64,000 nucleotides of DNA from Chthonomonadales bacterium (GTDB lineage: Bacteria > Armatimonadota > Chthonomonadetes > Chthonomonadales > CAJBBX01). Positions 57,234 through 64,000 of the stretch are shown piece by piece. The notes below the pieces were generated by a model. The model did no database searches. It was not told the origin of the DNA and was given only the letters and a program-made list of their open reading frames with translations. Numbering within the stretch: the stretch's first letter is position 1; every line of letters starts with the position of its first letter. The stretch is from the NCBI GenBank assembly GCA_037443035.1, contig JBBIPC010000010.1:1-64000 (forward strand), given 5' to 3'. Both the position numbers and the translations under genes were made by a program.

Positions 57234-58022
57234 TCATAGTCGGCCAACAAGCCGCAGAAGCCTCAGGTCTCCCAGCAGCCAACAGACCCGTCGTCTCCAG
57301 GGGCTCATAGCATTCCGACGGCCGGCATCCACAGGCCATACTCGACGCATATACGCGCCCACATCCTTCATAGTCACTCGAACGTGAGTACTCTCCAGGT
57401 ACGCAGTGATGAAACGTAGGCAGAACTCGTCAACTGGTTTGCCGTGGCGAAATATAATACCCGGCCGGAGATAATGCCATCGGACGAACCAGAACACATC
57501 GAAGAGGGGCGTACCCGTCGTCACCGTCTCGCCAACGCGCCACGATGTCAGCCAGTCGATAATGATTGGCGTCTGGTCCTGCACGGAAAGCAGGATGTTG
57601 GATCCCGTGAAGTCGCCGTGCAACCAGACCCGATCTCCCGTGCTGCAGTCGTAATCGGGAGGTAAGCTCGACTCCAGTTCCTGCGGCAGTGTAAGGTGCG
57701 TGTGAATGTGCGCCAAGACGGTGCCTAGCCGTTCGGCTAGAGAGTGATCGCGGTAGATGGCCTTCGGCGCGCAGGCTAGCGGAGCCGCGTTGTGGATCCG
57801 CTCGAACACGGCTACGCCTTCGGCTTCCTGAAACTCGAGCACCTGGGGCACGCGAAACCGACCCTCCTCCGATATTCCGTGGGCAGACCGAGTTTTCTCC
57901 ACTTCGATTCGGAGCAAGTCCGGCCGGCCTCGCTTCCGGACAGTGTCGCCGAGAACAACGGATCTCGATGCGCGGTCGAGGTCATGGCGTCGTCGAAACT
58001 CGGCTGCACTACCAGGCACCAC
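57234..58022 (-). CDS. APH/kinase-like phosphotransferase
   Basis: VRK, E.EK, VP.V, LHGDFTGSNIL, IIDW. Confidence 0.8.
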   Translation of the reverse strand: MVPGSAAEFRRRHDLDRASRSVVLGDTVRKRGRPDLLRIEVEKTRSAHGISEEGRFRVPQVLEFQEAEGVAVFERIHNAAPLACAPKAIYRDHSLAERLGTVLAHIHTHLTLPQELESSLPPDYDCSTGDRVWLHGDFTGSNILLSVQDQTPIIIDWLTSWRVGETVTTGTPLFDVFWFVRWHYLRPGIIFRHGKPVDEFCLRFITAYLESTHVRVTMKDVGAYMRRVWPVDAGRRNAMSPWRRRVCWLLGDLRLLRLVGRL

Positions 58023-58040
58023 TCTCAGACCCCCAGAAGC

Positions 58041-59462
58041 TCAACCTGCACGTCTCGCGCGTATAGACTGCACCGCCCACGTGCCGGGTTCCACGAACAC
58101 TCCAGACAGAATGTTACTCACCGACAACCGTGATGTGCGGCGATACAGCAAGAGGACCATGATGCCCGACAAAGAGTACGCCAGGGATGACGCGACCGCA
58201 GCGCCCACAATGCCCGACCGAGGGATCAGGAGAAAATCCAGCGGCACGGTCAGCACCAGGCCAGCGACGGTCGTGTATGTCAGCACCTCCGGATGGCCAG
58301 CGCCCGCGGCAGCGTGACACAGCACGCGGACGACGGCGATGGCGGCCATGCCTGGCAACAGCCACCGCGCCGGCGCGACGGATCCGGCGAACGCGGGGCC
58401 GAACGCCATGGGAATGATCCAATCAACGGCGAGTGCCCATACAAGGGCCAGCAACGCAACGACATAGAGTGTGGCACCGGTGGCGAGCATGGCCAGCCGG
58501 TCTCTGGCCTCGCCCTGGAGGGAGGAAACGGTGGGGTAGACGACGATATTGACGGCCGTCGGCACCAAGAGGAGCAACTCCGCGACAGCGACCGCTGTGG
58601 AATACAGACCCAACTGGGCATTACCCAGGAAGGCGTTGACGATGAAACTGTCCAAACGGTAGTTCAGAACCTGCGCCAGGAGGCCAATGTAGAATCGCAT
58701 GCCGTAGCGCAGGAACTCTCGCGTGAACAACGCTTCCCCCGGCGCCCAGATGGGCGCGTGATGCTTCAGCGTCAAGATCGCCAGACCTGCACCCACGGTG
58801 AGAATCGATGCGAGGACATTCAGACCGACCACGATGTTCGCCGTGAGGCGAAACGAAAGGGCCATATTCACGACTAGGGCCAAGACTACGAGCCCAGGCA
58901 TGGCTACCCACAGGGAGTTCCGGCTCCTGAAGTCCTTGAGACCCGCAAAGAAACTGGCCTGAGTATTGCGCAGGAACAGCAGAATGGCGAACAGAGCCGA
59001 CAACCCGAGCAGCACCGGCGTCAGACCTTTGAGGAAAGGCACTCTCCGCAGCGCGAAGACGACAGCATAGGACAGGAGCCACATGGCCACTACGAACGGG
59101 ACAAGGCGCCACAATGCGCCTACGGTATCGCGCTTGGCACTAGCACTGCCTTGGCCGCGCGCCACGAAGTAGTTGACCGACCATGGGACGCCGAGATGAA
59201 ACGTCGCCTGGACTAGTGTGGCAACATTCAGCGCGAGGACCACCTGGCCGCGGCCCGTCGGTCCCAGGACTCTCGTAGCCAATACCGTGTTCGCAACGCC
59301 CAGCACTAGGACGCCCAGTTCAGTCCCGAACACGGACAGGATACTCCTCCGGAGCCTGGCCGGCGGCTTCCGGGGCGCCGGTGCGTCAGTCTCGGAACCG
59401 GCACCGGCGTCATTCATGGTGTGTGTTGGACCGTCGTCGCATGTTGTTGGAGTAGTGGACAT
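58041..59462 (-). CDS. wzx: Wzx-like polysaccharide flippase
   Basis: RVLGP.GRG, NYRLD, LG.YS.A, LIP..GIVGAAVASS; about 12 TM helices; start uncertain. Confidence 0.85.
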   Translation of the reverse strand: MSTTPTTCDDGPTHTMNDAGAGSETDAPAPRKPPARLRRSILSVFGTELGVLVLGVANTVLATRVLGPTGRGQVVLALNVATLVQATFHLGVPWSVNYFVARGQGSASAKRDTVGALWRLVPFVVAMWLLSYAVVFALRRVPFLKGLTPVLLGLSALFAILLFLRNTQASFFAGLKDFRSRNSLWVAMPGLVVLALVVNMALSFRLTANIVVGLNVLASILTVGAGLAILTLKHHAPIWAPGEALFTREFLRYGMRFYIGLLAQVLNYRLDSFIVNAFLGNAQLGLYSTAVAVAELLLLVPTAVNIVVYPTVSSLQGEARDRLAMLATGATLYVVALLALVWALAVDWIIPMAFGPAFAGSVAPARWLLPGMAAIAVVRVLCHAAAGAGHPEVLTYTTVAGLVLTVPLDFLLIPRSGIVGAAVASSLAYSLSGIMVLLLYRRTSRLSVSNILSGVFVEPGTWAVQSIRARRAG

Positions 59463-59833
59463 TCGCAACGGGTATCATACCCTCTCGGCTCCCGCCGGTT
59501 GTGAACGAAGGGGGGCGGCCACCCGAGTTCCGCCAGACTAAGCTCCACCAGGGCCAAGGGCTGCCCAGACTCGCCTGGTAACGGCGGACGAGGTATCATG
59601 GCCCACGAGACCCTGCCGGAGGACCTGAGCACAGAGAAAGGACCGACCATTGCCGCCTCAAGCCCCTGCACCACAGCCGAATGCCCTTGCGGACTTCCTT
59701 GCGATCGCGTGCAAGGAGGGGCTTTGGAGCACCCCAGAGCGTCTGGCGCGCTATGCGGCCTACGTGTTCGCCCAGCCAAGTCTGGACGTAGCAACGATAC
59801 GGCCACTGCGCCGATGGGCAGGGCGAACGACCA

Positions 59834-60358
59834 ATGCTTAGCATTGCGAGGCTGGCCTGGCTTAGGTTGTATGCCTACCGGAATCCCGTCGGGCTAGCGC
59901 GGCGTATGGGGGCGACCATCGGCAAGGACTGCCGGATTCTGTGCAATCCACTCTCCTGCTTCGGCTCCGAACCCTACCTTATCACCATCGGCGACCACGT
60001 CACGATAGCGGCCGGCGTACAGTTCGTAACCCACGACGGCGGCGTCTGGGTGTTTCGACAGGAAGATCCAGACCTGGATGTGTTCGGACGCATTAGCGTT
60101 GGTAACAACGTCTTCATAGGAATACGGGCCATCATATTACCGGGCGTCGCGATCGGCGACAACTGCGTGGTAGGTGCCGGCTCGGTCGTGACTCGGTCGG
60201 TTCCCCAAGGCACAGTCATCGCCGGAAACCCGGCCCGCCCGCTGTGCACGATCGAGCAGTATCGAGCCAAGGTTGCTACAAAGGCAGCGCGAATACGGTC
60301 TATGCCCGCTGCGGAGAAGAGGCGCTGGCTGCTTGAGCACCTGGACCAGCTTCCGTAA
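59834..60358 (+). CDS. Hexapeptide-repeat acyltransferase
   Basis: FGSEPYLITIGDHV, FVTHDG, IGDNCVVGAGSVV, AGNPAR. Confidence 0.9.
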   Translation: MLSIARLAWLRLYAYRNPVGLARRMGATIGKDCRILCNPLSCFGSEPYLITIGDHVTIAAGVQFVTHDGGVWVFRQEDPDLDVFGRISVGNNVFIGIRAIILPGVAIGDNCVVGAGSVVTRSVPQGTVIAGNPARPLCTIEQYRAKVATKAARIRSMPAAEKRRWLLEHLDQLP

Positions 60359-60509
60359 CTGAGTGCGAACGAACTCGGGGCACGGAGCGATTCCTCCATC
60401 CTCTCCACTCACTCATCTTGACCGAGAATCCGCGAAGGCGGGAGTACTTGGCAGGACCCATACCGAACATTCGCGAAATAAGTCACAATCTTGACGAGGA
60501 GGAGCGCGC

Positions 60510-61577
60510 ATGAGCGAACGGTACAGATTGGCGGTGATCGGTGTAGGGCGACCGTGGAAAACAGAGGGCGCCACGGGCTTCGGGATGGCACACGCCCACG
60601 TCGGTGGCTTCCTCGAGACGGGCCGATGTGACCTGGTGGCCATCGCCGATATCAACATGGACAATGCGCATGCCTTCGCTGCTCAGTACGGCGGGCCGCG
60701 CATCTACGCTGACTACCAAGAAATGCTCTGCTCGGAGAAGCCAGACATTGTGAGCATCTGCACATGGCCCGATCTGCATGCTCCCATGACCTTGGCGGCC
60801 GCCGAAGCGGGCGTTCGCGCCATCCACTGCGAGAAGCCCATGGCGCCGACGTGGGGCGAGGCCAAGAATATGCACAGCCGATGTGCGGAACTGGGCGTCC
60901 AGCTTACGTTCAACCATCAGCGACGCTTCCTCGAACCGTTCCAGACCGCGAAGCGTTTGCTACGTGAAGGCGCTATCGGCACGCTCCAGCGACTGGAGGC
61001 CCAGTGCGGCGACATGTTCGACTGGGGTACGCACTGGCTGGACATGATGTTCTTCTACAACGACGAGACGCCTGCAGAGTGGGTCCTGGGGCAGATCGAC
61101 GCCAGGAAGGTGCGCAAGGTCTTCGGCGTCCCCCTGGAGGAGCAAGGACTCTGCCATTTCAAGTTCGCCAACGGCGTCCGAGCGACGCTCTATACAGGCT
61201 ACGAGATGGATATCGGGTGTGCCAACCGGCTCGTGGGGGACAAGGGCATCATCGAGGTGGGCTGGGGCGAACCGGTGCTCCGCCTGTGGACCGACCGTGC
61301 TGTGGGCTGGCAGATCGTGCCTACGACCGAGGGCATCCACGACGGTATCGCGCACGAGAGAGTGGCGGCGGACATTGTTCGGTGCCTCGATACAGGAGAC
61401 AGACCGCTCCTGTCCAGCTACCACGCTATCCAATCCACCGAAGTCATCTTCGCGACGTACGAGTCGTGCCGCCGACGCGGGAGGGTGGACTTGCCTCTTA
61501 CGACGGAGGATTCCGCGCTGCTCACCATGCTGAAGGAAGGGACCATCGGTCCGAGGGAGCGAGAAGCAGGTTCATGA
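60510..61577 (+). CDS. Gfo/Idh/MocA oxidoreductase
   Basis: AVIGVG, CEKPMA, NHQRRF, DWGTHWLD; GAGGAGG RBS. Confidence 0.92.
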   Translation: MSERYRLAVIGVGRPWKTEGATGFGMAHAHVGGFLETGRCDLVAIADINMDNAHAFAAQYGGPRIYADYQEMLCSEKPDIVSICTWPDLHAPMTLAAAEAGVRAIHCEKPMAPTWGEAKNMHSRCAELGVQLTFNHQRRFLEPFQTAKRLLREGAIGTLQRLEAQCGDMFDWGTHWLDMMFFYNDETPAEWVLGQIDARKVRKVFGVPLEEQGLCHFKFANGVRATLYTGYEMDIGCANRLVGDKGIIEVGWGEPVLRLWTDRAVGWQIVPTTEGIHDGIAHERVAADIVRCLDTGDRPLLSSYHAIQSTEVIFATYESCRRRGRVDLPLTTEDSALLTMLKEGTIGPREREAGS

Positions 61578-61801
61578 TCACGATCGAGATTGACTACAGC
61601 GCGCCCCACTGCCCTTGCTGCAAGGCGAGCCGCTCCGCCGATCCGGAGAGACATTGGCCGTGGAGATGCGCCTGTTACAAGGGCTGTCAGGTAGCGGCTA
61701 TGGGACGAAGCTGCGAAGGACCCGGGCACTGCTGGGACGGATGCCCCTACAAAGCACCGGACGAGGCTTGCTTCGGAGGCGGATGCACTGTTGCCGCCTG
61801 A
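61574..61801 (+). CDS. Small Cys-rich protein (75 aa, 11 Cys)
   Basis: ATGA overlap with the upstream stop, mostly G/C third positions, hairpin directly after the stop. Confidence 0.55.
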   Translation: MITIEIDYSAPHCPCCKASRSADPERHWPWRCACYKGCQVAAMGRSCEGPGHCWDGCPYKAPDEACFGGGCTVAA

Positions 61802-61824
61802 GAGTAGCCCACCGGCCGCTACTC
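61802..61824. terminator. Hairpin between convergent small ORFs
   Basis: GAGTAGC/GCTACTC stem. Confidence 0.4.
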
Positions 61825-61889
61825 CACCGCGCATGAAAGCAGCCACGCGACCGTGAGCGCGTAGCGCCATGTGTGCAGGCCTAGCCTAC

Positions 61890-62105
61890 TTAGTCGAGAC
61901 CCACCAGCATACCATCCGGGGTCAATAACCACCGGACGTTACTGTATAGCTCCCTCGCGCTCCGCAGAAGGTCGTTGTACCGCTGACACTCGTTGCATCT
62001 CTCGGCGTCGGTGTGAGCTTTGCCGCAAAGACCTTCAGCCGCGAAGGCGCACGGCACGTCTTGCCGGTTATGGAATCCCTCTTCGAGGGGAATCTCTGTC
62101 GTCAT
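61890..62105 (-). CDS. Small hypothetical protein with C-x7-C-x3-H-x5-C-x2-C motif
   Basis: 71-aa ORF filling an otherwise empty gap, divergent from argD; start uncertain. Confidence 0.45.
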   Translation of the reverse strand: MTTEIPLEEGFHNRQDVPCAFAAEGLCGKAHTDAERCNECQRYNDLLRSARELYSNVRWLLTPDGMLVGLD

Positions 62106-62250
62106 GTTGCGTGGTATCCTGTCATCTTCAGAGCAGAGCACGCCTCGTATCTGTGCGACTCTGCGCAAGCTACTATACGCAGAAACGGGGCGAAAAGCTC
62201 CCGAAAGCGCCGCACGACGAGGCGGCCAGAGTCCGGAGGAGTAACACGCG

Positions 62251-63471
62251 ATGAACCAGCATCCCGAGATTGCCTGTGAAACACAGGTGGACCTGCCCGA
62301 CGAGAGTCACGTGATGAGCACCTACGCGCGCCAGCCGGTTCAGCTTGTCCGTGGCGAGGGCACGCGCGTGTGGGATGCGGCGGGTCGCGAATACCTGGAC
62401 TTCCTGGCCGGGATCGCCGTCTGTGGCGTGGGGCACTGTCACCCCCACGTGGTGCAGGCCATCGCTGAGCAAGCTGGGCGCCTGATGCACGTCAGCAACC
62501 ACTTCTACAATGAGCTGCAGCCCAGGCTGGCTGCGCGGCTATGCGCCTTGACGGGCATGGAGCGTGTGTTCTTCGGGAACTCCGGGGCAGAGGCCAACGA
62601 ATGCGCGATCAAGATAGCCCGCAAGTGGGGCAAGATGCATCGCGGCCAGGACTGCTACGAGATCGTCACCTTCACAGGTTCCTTCCATGGCCGCACACTG
62701 GCCACGGTCACAGCGACGGCGCAGGAGAAATACCAGGCGCCGTTCGCGCCACTGCCGCCGGGATTCGTCTATGTAGATGTCGGCGATGTGCAAGCCCTGG
62801 ATGCTGCGATTACCGAACGAACCTGCGCCGTGATGATCGAGCCGATCCAGGGAGAGAGCGGCATTCGCATTGTCCCGACCGACTTCCTGAAGCTCATCCG
62901 CGCGCTGTGCGATGAGGTGGGCGCTCTGCTGATCTTCGACGAGGTGCAGAGCGGGATGGGGCGCACGGGTCGCTTCTTGGCGTCGCAGACCGCCGGTGTG
63001 GAAGGAGATATTGTGACGCTGGCCAAGAGTGTAGCCTCAGGAGTTCCCATGGGGGTCTGTCTGGCACGGGGCGATGCGGCGAAAGTGCTGGTTCCTGGCG
63101 ACCACGGTTCGACGTTCGGCGGCCAGCCTCTGGCCTGCGCATCAGCGTTGGCGACACTGGACGTGATCGAGAGCGAGGCGCTCATGGACCGAGCAGCCAG
63201 TGTCGGTGGCTATTTCCTCGGGCGTCTGGAAGAGCTGGCAGCAGAGTATCCCGCCGTTGTCAAAGAAGCGCGTGGCGTTGGGCTGATGCTGGCCCTGGAG
63301 CTAGCTGTACCGGAGGCGCGAAAGGTGCAGCGTGGCCTTCTCACGCGTGGTGTCATCGTCAATGCCGTGGGCGACAGTATTCTCCGGTTTCTGCCACCGC
63401 TAGTAGTCACGGAAGCGGAATGCGCCGCGGTTGCCGACGCGCTTCACGCAGAGCTGGCGGAGCTCGCCTGA
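62251..63471 (+). CDS. argD: Acetylornithine aminotransferase
   Basis: YLDFLAGIAV, NSGAEANE, SFHGRT, EPIQGE, FDEVQSGMGRTG, TLAK, HGSTFGG. Confidence 0.92.
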   Translation: MNQHPEIACETQVDLPDESHVMSTYARQPVQLVRGEGTRVWDAAGREYLDFLAGIAVCGVGHCHPHVVQAIAEQAGRLMHVSNHFYNELQPRLAARLCALTGMERVFFGNSGAEANECAIKIARKWGKMHRGQDCYEIVTFTGSFHGRTLATVTATAQEKYQAPFAPLPPGFVYVDVGDVQALDAAITERTCAVMIEPIQGESGIRIVPTDFLKLIRALCDEVGALLIFDEVQSGMGRTGRFLASQTAGVEGDIVTLAKSVASGVPMGVCLARGDAAKVLVPGDHGSTFGGQPLACASALATLDVIESEALMDRAASVGGYFLGRLEELAAEYPAVVKEARGVGLMLALELAVPEARKVQRGLLTRGVIVNAVGDSILRFLPPLVVTEAECAAVADALHAELAELA

Positions 63472-63490
63472 CGACACAGCGGGGACTCGT

Positions 63491-64000
63491 CTAACCCGGG
63501 TGCTCGCCTCTGAAAGGGAAGCGCTCTACCAGCGAATACTCAGATCCTGTCGGGCGGAGTGTGCTCCGCATGAGTACCATGCTGTCCACGGTAATGGTGG
63601 CGATCTCGCCGAGGTTCAGTTGGGCAAGTCCATCGGCGGCAGCGGACTCCGCCTCGTAAGTCTTGATCCGCGCTATCGTCAGGTGGGCCGTCGGAACCTT
63701 GCTCTCGCGGCGGAAATGCTCCCGGGCAAGGGCATCGTCCATGAGCCTGGCCATGCGCTCGAACTCCTGAGCGCCGGATGTGGCCCCAATCCAGAGAACG
63801 CTCGGCCGACGTGGTGTGGGAAAAGCGCCGAGGCCGCCCAGCGTCAAACGGAAGGGTGCTAAATTGTCGCAGATCCGCTCGGCAATCTCCACAGCCTTCT
63901 GTGCCCGTGACATGGTCTGCTCGCCTAGGAACTTCACGGTGTAGTGGAACTGCTCGGGGCGGACCCAGCGAATGGACGGGCACTCCATGGCACGGCGTAA
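63491..64000 (-). CDS. thpR: RNA 2',3'-cyclic phosphodiesterase (2H family), 5'-truncated by the window edge
   Basis: Two HxT motifs (HYTVKFLG, HLTIAR), GAFP..RPSVLW; frame open to the window end. Confidence 0.92.
   Translation of the reverse strand, partial: LRRAMECPSIRWVRPEQFHYTVKFLGEQTMSRAQKAVEIAERICDNLAPFRLTLGGLGAFPTPRRPSVLWIGATSGAQEFERMARLMDDALAREHFRRESKVPTAHLTIARIKTYEAESAAADGLAQLNLGEIATITVDSMVLMRSTLRPTGSEYSLVERFPFRGEHPG

Noticed and set aside
1..64000. CRISPR array, rRNA/tRNA, transposase, integrase, prophage or defence genes
   Set aside because: No regularly spaced repeats, RNA gene signatures or such protein motifs were recognised; short tRNAs could be missed without a scan

Overview
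GC-rich bacterial chromosomal window; gene content and protein style suggest a diderm such as Armatimonadota, which is inference only. Left part: housekeeping and catabolic genes (D-aminoacylase, sulfatase, argJ, argC, Hyi family, BNR-4 protein), an ECF sigma / membrane anti-sigma / VIT-vWA cassette, and a UroD-family plus epimerase pair. Centre: a divergent arrangement. Leftward is a tightly coupled glycosylation-type operon (beta-propeller, DUF2723-like GT-C, HAD-amidohydrolase fusion, two GT2, O-antigen-ligase-TPR). Rightward is a type IV filament cluster (PilB, PilC, three near-identical major pilins with a conserved Cys3-His set, PilX/V/W-like minor pilins, fused PilMN, PilO, secretin, PilP/GspC-like). 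Right part: DHDPS-family gene, PPi-PFK, a partner-switching / c-di-GMP cassette, a Wzx/Wzy polysaccharide cluster with the UDP-L-FucNAc genes, two unlisted small Cys-rich ORFs, argD and a truncated thpR. No CRISPR array, rRNA, tRNA or transposase was recognised. Best candidates for novelty: the triplicated putative zinc-binding pilins with a structured leader, an Asn-ladder tip pilin and adjacent glycosylation machinery; the ECF-VIT cassette; the 75-aa 11-Cys peptide; and a possible 24-kb inversion bounded by CTAG sites. All calls come from reading motifs by eye; no searches were run.
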